This document shows, piece by piece, positions 14,523-23,293 of a stretch of DNA of 32,745 bases. The stretch is from positions 1 to 32,745 of the IMG/VR virus record IMGVR_UViG_3300037420_000348; one strand, 5' to 3'. Position 1 is the stretch's first letter. Each line of letters starts with the position of its first letter. The position numbers were made by a program, and so were the translations under genes. The notes under the pieces were generated by a model. It was not told the DNA's origin, searched no databases, and saw only the letters and a program-made list of their open reading frames with translations. This stretch comes from a virus. Taxonomy: Duplodnaviria > Caudoviricetes.

Positions 14523-15718
14523 CAGAAAACGTAGACATAAAGTACATAGGAGTGACATACGGCGAGGATAACAGGTTGCAGGTTTTATCATTATGGGGCT
14601 ATAAGGAAGGAAGAACAGAGAGATTTTATAATGTAAAATGCTCGGTGTGTGCGAAAGATTCAGAAATGTTCGGGGATGGTGTCTTTGTAGTACCTAGCTC
14701 CATGATATTAAGAGGGAGCATGTCCTGCGGCTGCTCAAAATCTACTAGACTCACTTCTGACCAAGTGCTCTTGAAAGTGAAACGTGCTGTTGAGAGTGAC
14801 GGATACACTTTTATAGGTGCGGCCGAGGATTTTAAAAGCCGTGCGATGCGTGTCAGACTGATGTGCAGAGACTGCAATTTTTGTTGGAACACTGCGACTT
14901 GTGAAAACGTTATACAGGGCAGGTTCTGCTGTCCGGCATGCTCTAGAAAGAAGATATACAATGAAGGTGATGCCAGCCTGTTGTCTTCCCTTAAGACGCA
15001 AAGTCCGTACCCTGCGGGGTCAGAGATTATGCTTTCAGGTGGATGGGGGCCTGATCGTAACACTTATTGTAGGGTTATTTGCTCCGTCTGCTCGCAAGAT
15101 GAATTTGTAGTGGCGGGAGTGTGTAGCGGAATTTTCACACAGAGCGTAGCGTCTTTTAAGCACGGCTCCAAAGCTTGCCGATGCTCAGAGACGTATGTTG
15201 CAACACCAGAACAGACTGCATATAAAGTAAGAAAGTTCTTATCTAAAAATGAGTTGCCCTATAGACTGCTTGACATCATAGATAAGAAATTCCTTAAATT
15301 ACATTGTCCATTACACAATGAGTGGGTGTGCAATGTAAGAAATTTACTTTGCAAAGGTAACAGATGCCCTAACTGCGCAGATTATGGGTACAAGACTTCA
15401 AAAGACGCCGCAGTGTACGTACTAGAGGTAAAAGGCAATAGTGGTGGTTTTGTAGGATATGGTATTTCAAATGCTGTAGAAAGCAGAATACTCCAGCATC
15501 GACGTAATTTAAGTAAAGCCAATTTTACGATAGTTAGGCAAAACGTTTTCTGTTGTGATGGTCAAACAGCGTTAGACGTGGAAAGAGGGTTAAGGAAGCG
15601 TTTTCCTGCAAATCCTCAAGAGGTTGAAGGATTCATCAGGGAGGCTACTCATTTAACCTTGTATGATGATGTTGTGCAAACTGTAAACAAGCTTGTAGCG
15701 GACAAGCAAACCAGTTGA
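14519..15718 (+). CDS. putative homing endonuclease: duplicated Cys-rich Zn-ribbon units plus C-terminal GIY-YIG-like domain
   Basis: Two units of CSVC...C.CS...C..(C/H)..W...CP.C. C-terminal VYVLEV...VGYGISN..ESRI.QH...ALDVE. Rich in AGA/AGG/ATA codons. Confidence 0.75.
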   Translation: MTENVDIKYIGVTYGEDNRLQVLSLWGYKEGRTERFYNVKCSVCAKDSEMFGDGVFVVPSSMILRGSMSCGCSKSTRLTSDQVLLKVKRAVESDGYTFIGAAEDFKSRAMRVRLMCRDCNFCWNTATCENVIQGRFCCPACSRKKIYNEGDASLLSSLKTQSPYPAGSEIMLSGGWGPDRNTYCRVICSVCSQDEFVVAGVCSGIFTQSVASFKHGSKACRCSETYVATPEQTAYKVRKFLSKNELPYRLLDIIDKKFLKLHCPLHNEWVCNVRNLLCKGNRCPNCADYGYKTSKDAAVYVLEVKGNSGGFVGYGISNAVESRILQHRRNLSKANFTIVRQNVFCCDGQTALDVERGLRKRFPANPQEVEGFIREATHLTLYDDVVQTVNKLVADKQTS

Positions 15719-15743
15719 CATCATACACTATCTTGTGTAAGAT
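15715..15743 (+). promoter_or_regulatory. sigma70-type promoter
   Basis: TTGACA, 17 bp, TAAGAT. The -35 box supplies the nuclease stop codon. Confidence 0.7.
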
Positions 15744-15768
15744 TGCAGTACATTTCTAAGGAGGGAAT

Positions 15769-16641
15769 ATGGCACATTATTTGAAGAACATGAAGATCAA
15801 CGTAGAAGGTTCGTTCGGTAGTCGCACACACATTGTGAACACGTTGCTGCAACAGGGATATGTGTTCGGAGGAGACGCTTCGGTCTACAACGATGCCAAA
15901 GCACTCTTCACGTACAATACAGGTATCATTATGAAGACGGACGATATGGGGTATTTCAAGAGACATCCGAACACAGAGTATGTTTTATCGGATGATAAGT
16001 TTGTTATGGCTAAAGACTATTACAAGCAGCCTGAGACAACGTACACACCTCTATCGTCGGACGGTACTCAAGCACTCATCGCAAAGCAAAAAGCTGTCGC
16101 AGATAAAATTCTTGACAAGCTTTTCCCGATTGATCCGTTTGCAATCTGCGCCGGTGGTGCACCTCGTGATTGGCATTTCGGTAAGCCTGCTACGGATATT
16201 GACATCTTCTTTCATACAAGTGTTGACCAGCTTACGATTGTTGAAGAGATGCTTAAACATGTAGGTATTAAGCTTGACGGCGTACGCCATGCAGAGAGTC
16301 TGCCAGAGTGGTACAAGCTGAATCCTGCTCTTAAATGTGTTTATGAGTGCACTGTAGATGGTGTAAGCGTGCAGCTTATGTTCATGAATGCCAAGACACA
16401 AGACGCAGTTGTGCCACAGTTTCCATTTAGCATTTGCAAAGCTTGGTACAAACATGGTAAAATTACGCTAGACAGCGATTTTAAAAAGTGTGAGAAGCAC
16501 AAGATTGTTGTGCAGACTAACAATCTGTACAGTGACGAGCACAAATATGTTCAGAAGATCAAGGCTAAGTTTCCTGACTATGAATTCTTCAGTACGTGGG
16601 AAGATGCTTACAAATATGTGTTTGAGAAGGGAAGTGTGTGA
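15769..16641 (+). CDS. nucleotidyltransferase (CCA/poly(A) polymerase head-like) with extra N-terminal domain
   Basis: AICAGGAPRDWHFGKPATDIDIFF; later SVQLMF. Confidence 0.8.
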   Translation: MAHYLKNMKINVEGSFGSRTHIVNTLLQQGYVFGGDASVYNDAKALFTYNTGIIMKTDDMGYFKRHPNTEYVLSDDKFVMAKDYYKQPETTYTPLSSDGTQALIAKQKAVADKILDKLFPIDPFAICAGGAPRDWHFGKPATDIDIFFHTSVDQLTIVEEMLKHVGIKLDGVRHAESLPEWYKLNPALKCVYECTVDGVSVQLMFMNAKTQDAVVPQFPFSICKAWYKHGKITLDSDFKKCEKHKIVVQTNNLYSDEHKYVQKIKAKFPDYEFFSTWEDAYKYVFEKGSV

Positions 16642-16805
16642 TGGCTTTTGAGACAAAAGAACTTGTACGGGAATATTGGGCAATGGGTTTCAGTGTGCAG
16701 GAAGCACTTGCAGTGCTAAATATTGGTCTTATGGATGGTGGATTCACTTGGGATCAAGTGGCAGACATGTACATGCAATTGGAACGTGAGGAGTGGGGGG
16801 AATGA
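16641..16805 (+). CDS. hypothetical protein (54 aa)
   Basis: Hand-translated MAFETKELVREYWAMG...EEWGE*. Coupled. Confidence 0.6.
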   Translation: MAFETKELVREYWAMGFSVQEALAVLNIGLMDGGFTWDQVADMYMQLEREEWGE

Positions 16806-17011
16806 AAGTCTGGATTCTTACTTCCGAGTACAACGACTACGACCAACACGGAGAATACTTTGAGGAAGTATTCATGAACAAACCAACTCGTGAGCAGATT
16901 ATGAAGGTGGTAAATGAAAACGAGGAATATGCTGATTATGTTCTAGAAGGTGGTGGTAGGCAAGATGGAGAATACGCTTGGTATTGGCTGCGAGAAGTGG
17001 AGTGCAAATGA
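16802..17011 (+). CDS. hypothetical protein (MKVWILTSEYNDYDQHG...)
   Basis: ATGA coupling. Confidence 0.75.
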   Translation: MKVWILTSEYNDYDQHGEYFEEVFMNKPTREQIMKVVNENEEYADYVLEGGGRQDGEYAWYWLREVECK

Positions 17012-17415
17012 AATTATTCTTCAAAGGTAAAGATGGTGGACAAGAATCCAATGTCACAGGATACTGGTTGTTTGAATCTAAACGTTTTGGTTCAATCGTT
17101 CTGTTGCGCTTTGATGAAGGTAGCCGGGAGGCATATCATTCACATGCATTCAATGCTGTGTCGTGGGTGTTGAAGGGTCTTCTTGTTGAACGGGTAAAGG
17201 CTGACAACATTTTTGGCTTTACACAAAACAGAATTAAACCTTCTATCAAACCTATCTACACGGCACGAGATAGAATGCACAAAGTGTACGGCATGGCAAA
17301 GCGCACATGGGTGTTGTCATTCCGTGGTCCTTGGACTAAAACGTGGAAGGAATATCTTCCGAAAGAAGATAGGGAAATTACTTTGACTAATGGACGTAAG
17401 GAGGTTGTAGAATGA
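17008..17415 (+). CDS. cupin-fold protein
   Basis: YHSHAFNAVSWVLKG...E...MHKV...TWVLSFRGP. Confidence 0.7.
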   Translation: MKLFFKGKDGGQESNVTGYWLFESKRFGSIVLLRFDEGSREAYHSHAFNAVSWVLKGLLVERVKADNIFGFTQNRIKPSIKPIYTARDRMHKVYGMAKRTWVLSFRGPWTKTWKEYLPKEDREITLTNGRKEVVE

Positions 17416-17846
17416 AAGCAAGTTTTATCCAAACCCAAATCGGGCTGAATGCGCAAGTTCTTACCGGGCTTTATGAAGAATACAACAATCTTCGCAAGAG
17501 CCGTAAGATGTATAATGAGCGGGCTGATGAGTGTTTCAAGCAAATGATGATTGCAGATGATCAGCTTGATTTTGATAAGTCCCATCAACATACTGAAGAA
17601 GGTGAAGCTAATCGAGGGCAAGCAGCGATCTTTTCGCCATACATCAACAAGTTTTATCGCCGTATCAAAGCTATTGAATCTGTCCAAGTGGCTTTGAAAA
17701 AGGAACTTAAATTTCAGCAAGCTATGGAATCGTGGAACGCTGAAGAGGATACATTCTGGCTTGAGCAGGCACGGATTGCTGCGGAGGAAGGGTTTGTTGA
17801 ACCTACTGTTGTGGATAAGTTTATTGCGGATTTTGAGGATTTCTGA
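17412..17846 (+). CDS. hypothetical helical protein
   Basis: ORF track. AAGGAGG RBS. Confidence 0.8.
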   Translation: MKASFIQTQIGLNAQVLTGLYEEYNNLRKSRKMYNERADECFKQMMIADDQLDFDKSHQHTEEGEANRGQAAIFSPYINKFYRRIKAIESVQVALKKELKFQQAMESWNAEEDTFWLEQARIAAEEGFVEPTVVDKFIADFEDF

Positions 17847-18073
17847 TGGCAAACGTTAATATTAGCGCATGGGATGTTGCTCAGGCAATGGGCTTGCGTT
17901 ACATGGGTTGTGAGCACGACGGGGATTATCAATATACATATGAGTTTTCTTTCAATGGTAAGCAAATGCTTGTGAAAGAGGATTATTACAATGTGAGTGA
18001 TCGTGATACGGCGAACGAATACGCGGCTGAGAAGTTGTTTGAGGCACTGGCTAAAGTTATTGTGATTGATTGA
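17846..18073 (+). CDS. hypothetical protein
   Basis: ORF track; coupled. Confidence 0.75.
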   Translation: MANVNISAWDVAQAMGLRYMGCEHDGDYQYTYEFSFNGKQMLVKEDYYNVSDRDTANEYAAEKLFEALAKVIVID

Positions 18074-18082
18074 GGAGGTTGT

Positions 18083-20218
18083 GTGGGGACAGAGGTTGTA
18101 GGTTGGTATGGTGACGTAGAGACGGATGATTTGTACTTGCAGTGCACGAAGACGTGGTATATTCGTCTTACCAGTCTTGACGGTTCTCGCACAACAAAAC
18201 TCTATCCGTTCCGTATGACCAAAGAAGCTGTAAAAGCGGAGTTGATGGAATGGATTGATAGTTTTCCTGACGGCTCACTTGTTGTCTTTCAAAATGGCCT
18301 CGGATTCGACTTTTGGACTTGGTGGAAGTTGTATGATCTGAAGCCACGAGTAGGGAAAAATGGTAAAGATTGGCTGGGTAATAAGCACGTTCAGTTTGTG
18401 GACACTTACGTTCTCAGCATGTATCTTTCGCCTGACTCCCCACAGCACTCTCTTGAGTACTTAGCTACAGGCAGCGAAGATGAGAAGATGGATTTTCGTG
18501 CCAAGCTTATCGAGGCTGGAGCATTGGCGAAAGATGCTCCTAAAGGCGCTGAGTTTAAACAGTGGCATCCTCTGATGGAAGAATACTGCGACGATGACGT
18601 GAAGGCTCTGGCAGGGGTGTTTAAGAAGTTGTGGTCCAAGGCTTGCGAGATGTATGGCAAGGACAACTGGATTCACCCTAGTTTTCGCCAGATGCAGAAG
18701 GATTATTGGCTATATGCAGCGCAGGCTTACAGTGGTGCACCATTCCATCAAGAGCGAGCTAGGAAGCTAGTGGCACATATCGAAGTCGAGATGGCTAAGA
18801 TCAAGGCTGAAGTTGATCCGAAACTACCTCCCCGGCCTTTGAAGACGGCTGAGCAGGCTTTTTACAAGATGCCGAGCAAACCGTACACCAAGTCAGGCGA
18901 ACGCTCTGCGGCACTGATAAAGTGGCTGGAGAAACATGGTGCTACACTTGATGAAGAGGGATTTGTACACGCCTACGACTTAAAGCAAAAGCTTGTAGCT
19001 AACGATATTCTTGATATCAAGCTTCCTATGGAAATCGAGGATAATGCGGAACTAAAGCAGTGGTTCATTGATGCTGGATGGCATGCAGCAGACGGGTTTT
19101 GGAATTTCAAAAAAGACCCTGTCACTGGTAAGCCGATGCGGGATGCGAAAGGTAAGCTGATCCAAACCACACCTAAGATTCAGCACCAAGGTCAGATTTG
19201 TCCGAATCTTCTGAAGCTTGAAGGTGAGATTCCGAGTAAGGTCGTTAAGTTTCTTTCCTATCGAAATCGCCTTGGCGTTGTTAATGGATGGCTTAGTAAT
19301 TGGCGTATGGAGTTTGACAGCAGGCTGAGTGCAGAAATCAGTGGCTATGCACCTACGAGCCGAGTGAAACACCGCACTCTTACGAATTGCCCTAAAGCAA
19401 GTGAGACAGTCTTGCTCGGTGCAGAGATGCGCGACTTGTTCTATGCACCAGAGGGATATCATTATTGCGGTATTGACGCAGCGGCCCTTGAAAATAGGAC
19501 ACTTTCGCACCATACGTACAAGTACGACGGAGGCAAGTTTGCTAAGATGCAGTTGGAAGGTGATCCTCACAGTTTCAATGCTTTCGCATTCTTCCCTCAC
19601 TTGCATAAAGAGTTCAGCATTGACGATCAAGAAAACAAGGAGAATTCTAAGTTCAAGCCTTGGCGTAATAAGGCGAAAACTGGTGCGTATCTGCTAGCGT
19701 TTGGTGGTGGAGCACCTAAACTGGCTTCTAGCCTAGGATTGAGTCAGAAGGAAGGTAAGATTGCTTTCGATAACTATTGGACAATGAACACAGGGCTAGG
19801 CTTGTTGAAAGACGCTGTGGAGAGGTATTACACCACGACAGGTAAAAATAAGTACATTCCGGGGATTGACGGGCGTATTGTCAGTGTGCGTGGTAAGAAT
19901 GTTCTGTTGTCTTGCCTTGGGCAAGGAACAGGTGCAGTAGCTATGTCATATGCTGCCTGCTTTATGGACACGTGGCTGGGAGAACTTTACCTTGACGAGA
20001 AAGGAAGACCCTATTATAATTACAAAGGTAAGAAAGTTATTCGCATTTCGATGGTTCACGACGAATATTCATTTCTAGCAGAGGATGGTGTAGAGGAAGA
20101 TGTGGTGAGTATGGGTGAGAAGGCTATTGAAACTGCTGGCAAGGCTCTTAAACTTGCTCTACCGCTTAAAGGTGAAGGAAAGAAGGCATACATGGGAAGC
20201 TGGAAGGATGTGCACTAA
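18083..20218 (+). CDS. family A DNA polymerase with 3'-5' exonuclease domain
   Basis: ExoI GDVETD, ExoII QNGLGFD, ExoIII YCDDDV; motif A GIDAAALENR, motif B RNKAKTGAYLLAFGGG, motif C MVHDE. Confidence 0.95.
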   Translation: MGTEVVGWYGDVETDDLYLQCTKTWYIRLTSLDGSRTTKLYPFRMTKEAVKAELMEWIDSFPDGSLVVFQNGLGFDFWTWWKLYDLKPRVGKNGKDWLGNKHVQFVDTYVLSMYLSPDSPQHSLEYLATGSEDEKMDFRAKLIEAGALAKDAPKGAEFKQWHPLMEEYCDDDVKALAGVFKKLWSKACEMYGKDNWIHPSFRQMQKDYWLYAAQAYSGAPFHQERARKLVAHIEVEMAKIKAEVDPKLPPRPLKTAEQAFYKMPSKPYTKSGERSAALIKWLEKHGATLDEEGFVHAYDLKQKLVANDILDIKLPMEIEDNAELKQWFIDAGWHAADGFWNFKKDPVTGKPMRDAKGKLIQTTPKIQHQGQICPNLLKLEGEIPSKVVKFLSYRNRLGVVNGWLSNWRMEFDSRLSAEISGYAPTSRVKHRTLTNCPKASETVLLGAEMRDLFYAPEGYHYCGIDAAALENRTLSHHTYKYDGGKFAKMQLEGDPHSFNAFAFFPHLHKEFSIDDQENKENSKFKPWRNKAKTGAYLLAFGGGAPKLASSLGLSQKEGKIAFDNYWTMNTGLGLLKDAVERYYTTTGKNKYIPGIDGRIVSVRGKNVLLSCLGQGTGAVAMSYAACFMDTWLGELYLDEKGRPYYNYKGKKVIRISMVHDEYSFLAEDGVEEDVVSMGEKAIETAGKALKLALPLKGEGKKAYMGSWKDVH

Positions 20219-20222
20219 CAAA

Positions 20223-20429
20223 ATGAAACAATCTAAAGACTTTTATCTTGGTTATAAATCTTACGCTTATGGACAAACAAACAACCCATACGACGAAGGT
20301 ACAGGGCAGTATGAAGAATGGCAGCAAGGATTCGACGCAGCAGAGGACGACGAAGCAGCTTTGGAACACACGCGCAAGTACGCGAGACGTAGCGTTCAAC
20401 GGGGATACGTATCAAGTGATCCCGAATAA
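20223..20429 (+). CDS. RMF (ribosome modulation factor)-like small protein
   Basis: FYLGYKS...NPYDEGTGQYEEWQQGFDAA matches the G(Y/W)...PY......W..G(W/F) pattern. Confidence 0.6.
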   Translation: MKQSKDFYLGYKSYAYGQTNNPYDEGTGQYEEWQQGFDAAEDDEAALEHTRKYARRSVQRGYVSSDPE

Positions 20430-20447
20430 ATATTTTATGGAGATTTG

Positions 20448-21008
20448 ATGGATTGGAGCTATTATTTTGAGTACGATGAAACTAGTCCTAGTGGTTTACG
20501 CAACAAAGTAAAACGTGGTGTAAAAGCTCCTAAAGATGCTGTTACAGGGACTAAACATCCGAGAGATTACTGGTACGTTACAGTCAACGGCAAAACTTAC
20601 CCGGTTCACAGGATTGTTTATGAGATGGTTAACCGTGTGAAGATCGCTGACGGGAATGTGATAGACCATATCGACGGAGATAGTTATAATAACAAAGCAT
20701 CCAATTTAAGAGAAGTGCCTTGGATAATCAATTTAAGGAATAGTAAGAGGAATTGTACGAATAGGAGTGGCGTGCCGGGAGTTTCCTTAGATGAAAAGAA
20801 TAGAGGTGAATTTTATTGGTTAGCATACTGGACAGAGGCGGACGGAACAAGAAGTGTAGAAAGCTTTGCTGTATCTAAATATGGCGACACTGTAGCATTT
20901 TTGTTGGCGTGTGGCACAAGGTATTCTGCCATTTGCAGGTTAAATTCAGAGGGAGCGGGGTATTCTGAAGAACATGGACTGAAGCCAAATCGTAAACAGG
21001 AGCAATAA
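20448..21008 (+). CDS. HNH homing endonuclease with C-terminal AP2-like domain
   Basis: YDETSPSGL, VHRIVY, IDHIDGDSYNNKASNLREV, N.RN, SGVPGV. Confidence 0.9.
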   Translation: MDWSYYFEYDETSPSGLRNKVKRGVKAPKDAVTGTKHPRDYWYVTVNGKTYPVHRIVYEMVNRVKIADGNVIDHIDGDSYNNKASNLREVPWIINLRNSKRNCTNRSGVPGVSLDEKNRGEFYWLAYWTEADGTRSVESFAVSKYGDTVAFLLACGTRYSAICRLNSEGAGYSEEHGLKPNRKQEQ

Positions 21009-21160
21009 TGGAATTAACCTTTCACGTACAAATTCACAACATCCCTGACGAGTGTTTCTCAGACGACCAATACAGCTTCACTATGTCTTGGGTGAAGGAA
21101 AAGCTGCAAGAGATTGCAGAGGGACTTGAGGGTAACCTTTATGATGTGGAGATGAAATGA
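21008..21160 (+). CDS. hypothetical protein (50 aa)
   Basis: Hand-translated MELTFHVQIHNIPDEC...YDVEMK*. AGGAG RBS. Confidence 0.6.
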   Translation: MELTFHVQIHNIPDECFSDDQYSFTMSWVKEKLQEIAEGLEGNLYDVEMK

Positions 21161-21339
21161 TCACATTTGAATCACAAAAAGAATTTGAAGCAGCCGTTCT
21201 GCAAGTCATTATTGACAAGCTTGACATCAAAGTGTTTGCACGAGGCTATCCGTTCATGACAGGTGTGGAAGTGGCTCTCGCGAATGTAGCTGATGTTTAC
21301 GGCGGTGTGCTGATTAGTGGTTCTGACGCTGTGGCATAG
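21157..21339 (+). CDS. hypothetical protein
   Basis: ORF track; coupled. Confidence 0.7.
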   Translation: MITFESQKEFEAAVLQVIIDKLDIKVFARGYPFMTGVEVALANVADVYGGVLISGSDAVA

Positions 21340-21347
21340 GAGTAGTT

Positions 21348-21557
21348 ATGAAAGTAAAAGAGATGATTGAGCATTTGAAAAAGTTCGATGGTAATCTTCA
21401 GGTCTACAGTGTTTGCGATCATGGGCAAACTCCTGAGAAGTCTCAACGCCCGTCTGAGATTTGGATTGAGCAAGACTGGGAAACTCTGGACGACTATGTG
21501 TCTGTCAAAGATGAAGCAGATGAGTATGGCTATACAGTTAAGGCGGTGATTCTGTGA
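21348..21557 (+). CDS. hypothetical phage protein
   Basis: MKVKEMIEHLKKFD..L.V start common in phage proteins. AGGAG RBS. Confidence 0.75.
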   Translation: MKVKEMIEHLKKFDGNLQVYSVCDHGQTPEKSQRPSEIWIEQDWETLDDYVSVKDEADEYGYTVKAVIL

Positions 21558-21853
21558 CCAAACTATTCATCACATTGCCCTACGAAGTCTTCAACGTAGA
21601 ACAAGACCTGACAGGACGTATTGCGCAAGTATCATCTTGGTTTCGACCTGTAACGTACGACACGCCACAATTTCGTGTGAAGCTTACATATGAACAGTGG
21701 GCAGATTTCATGTCTAAGGATATTGTGCGTAACTTGCTTACGTTCTTTAAGGCACATAACACTGAAATACGTCCGCTGGAGCCTACTGACGGAGGTGAGT
21801 ATGATCGATGGATTCAGATTGCCAATGCTTTGTTTTATGTGGAGGAAGTATGA
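21554..21853 (+). CDS. hypothetical protein
   Basis: ORF track; GTGA coupling. Confidence 0.7.
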   Translation: MTKLFITLPYEVFNVEQDLTGRIAQVSSWFRPVTYDTPQFRVKLTYEQWADFMSKDIVRNLLTFFKAHNTEIRPLEPTDGGEYDRWIQIANALFYVEEV

Positions 21854-22005
21854 CTCATCAAGAAAAGTACTGGTTCGATCAAGGTTGGTATTCCCAAGGG
21901 GAGCCAGAGTACAAAACGTTAGCTGACAACCCTTACGTCACTGGCACGGTTGCGCACAAGTATTGGGAAATGGGTTGGAGTTATGCGGATGACGCAGACG
22001 TTTAA
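21850..22005 (+). CDS. second RMF-like small protein (51 aa)
   Basis: WFDQGWYS...NPYVTGTVAHKYWEMGWSYADD. GGAGG RBS. Confidence 0.6.
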   Translation: MTHQEKYWFDQGWYSQGEPEYKTLADNPYVTGTVAHKYWEMGWSYADDADV

Positions 22006-22453
22006 GCGACACAAGCCATCTAACGAAGCCAGAGCAGCCACACACGAGGCAACTCCAGAAGATTACGCCAAGTTAGCACAACACGTTGTCTCAGCCATTG
22101 TAGACAAGCGCAAGGATGTTATTCTGAAGTTACCTTACTTCGTTGTACTGGCTGAAGACTTCCCAAAAGGGGTCTTGGTCAAGCGAGATGAGAAGTACAA
22201 CTGGTATCGTGCTAAGACGTTTAAAGTAGCCAATTGGCTCCACAAACACAATCATCTGTCGCAAGATTCTAAAGCTATTGTAAAGAGTATGCGCACTGTG
22301 GTGAACTTGTTAGGCGAGGCTGATAGGCTTCTTGCAACACCTGAACAAGAATTCCTAAAAGGAGCAAAAATCTTACAGAATTTTGCGATTGTTGTTGACA
22401 CAGAGGAAAAAGTGTGGGACAATTCTACATCTGAAATTAAGGAGAAAGAGTGA
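21989..22453 (+). CDS. hypothetical protein
   Basis: ORF track 21950..22453. ATG follows GGAG. Confidence 0.75.
   Translation: MTQTFKRHKPSNEARAATHEATPEDYAKLAQHVVSAIVDKRKDVILKLPYFVVLAEDFPKGVLVKRDEKYNWYRAKTFKVANWLHKHNHLSQDSKAIVKSMRTVVNLLGEADRLLATPEQEFLKGAKILQNFAIVVDTEEKVWDNSTSEIKEKE
22395..22423 (+). promoter_or_regulatory. putative internal sigma70 promoter
   Basis: TTGACA, 17 bp, GACAAT. Confidence 0.5.
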
Positions 22454-22605
22454 TGGAATCGCTCACTAAAGAAGATATTGAAAAGCGTATTGATCTCCTA
22501 GGCGACGAAATGTACGCCAACGAGGAAGCGAATCGAATGATGCAAGACGAGATTGATAGCTTGTACGAGATGTTGGATAAGATGGCACAATTGGAGGCAG
22601 AATGA
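22453..22605 (+). CDS. small acidic coiled-coil protein (50 aa)
   Basis: Hand-translated MESLTKEDIEKRIDLLGDEMYANEE...LEAE*. AAGGAG RBS. Confidence 0.6.
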   Translation: MESLTKEDIEKRIDLLGDEMYANEEANRMMQDEIDSLYEMLDKMAQLEAE

Positions 22606-22772
22606 CTGAACAAAAGCTGCAAGAGTTGTTCGATTTGTGCAAAGGCTTCATTTACCTGCACAATATTAGTTGTCCAGAAGTGATCTATCAAACGGACAAG
22701 GTGATTGAAGATGCCTACGACTTCATCTCAGACATCTGCGATATCGTGGGCTATTACAAGGAGTCGGAGTGA
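22602..22772 (+). CDS. hypothetical protein (56 aa)
   Basis: Hand-translated MTEQKLQELFDLCKGFI...IVGYYKESE*. GGAGG RBS. Confidence 0.65.
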   Translation: MTEQKLQELFDLCKGFIYLHNISCPEVIYQTDKVIEDAYDFISDICDIVGYYKESE

Positions 22773-22835
22773 ATGAATTAGCCTACAGATTTATGCTTGT
22801 TAAGATTGGTTTTATATTGTTATTGGAGGACATTC

Positions 22836-23084
22836 TTGAACTATTTCGACAAAAGTAATTTCTTCGTCCGTAAGTTAGTTATCAAGGGGTTGTTAGTAGA
22901 AGTAGAGTTTCGATTCTATAAAGCTATTCCTGCAACAGCAGATGAGCCTGAGTCGCCTGAAGAAGTAATTATCGAAGCTGTGTTTGTGGATGACTATGAC
23001 ATTACACGGCTATGTGGCAGCACGACGATGGCGTTGATTGAAGAAGAAATTTTGAAGCTTTATGATGAAGGAGGTGGTGCATGA
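22836..23084 (+). CDS. hypothetical acidic protein
   Basis: TTG start after GGAGG; ORF track 22797..23084. Confidence 0.65.
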   Translation: MNYFDKSNFFVRKLVIKGLLVEVEFRFYKAIPATADEPESPEEVIIEAVFVDDYDITRLCGSTTMALIEEEILKLYDEGGGA

Positions 23085-23293
23085 CAATTTTCTACCTGAT
23101 CTCCGCTTTGTTGTGCATGATATTGATTCTTTGTAATCAACACTTCGCAGACAAAGCGGAGAAACTTACAGGCAGTAAGCTCGTAATGGGCATTGCCCTG
23201 TCAGTAGTGCCAGTTGTTAACACATTGTTTATTCTCGGTGTGTTTTATCTGGCTTTTAAAGCGGCTGCACAAGAAGTGGGAGGCAAGCAATGA
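23081..23293 (+). CDS. small 2-TM membrane protein
   Basis: Hydrophobic; PVVN motif. Confidence 0.75.
   Translation: MTIFYLISALLCMILILCNQHFADKAEKLTGSKLVMGIALSVVPVVNTLFILGVFYLAFKAAAQEVGGKQ

Noticed and set aside
20248-20448. 66 aa ORF overlapping the start of the HNH-AP2 gene as a possible third partner protein
   Set aside because: No FDY/TLEE/YYT similarity, TTG start without an RBS, and it overlaps the better-supported RMF-like ORF.
18083-21008. Group I intron or intein associated with the polymerase and adjacent HNH
   Set aside because: The polymerase ORF is continuous with all motifs and a normal length; the HNH gene is free-standing downstream.
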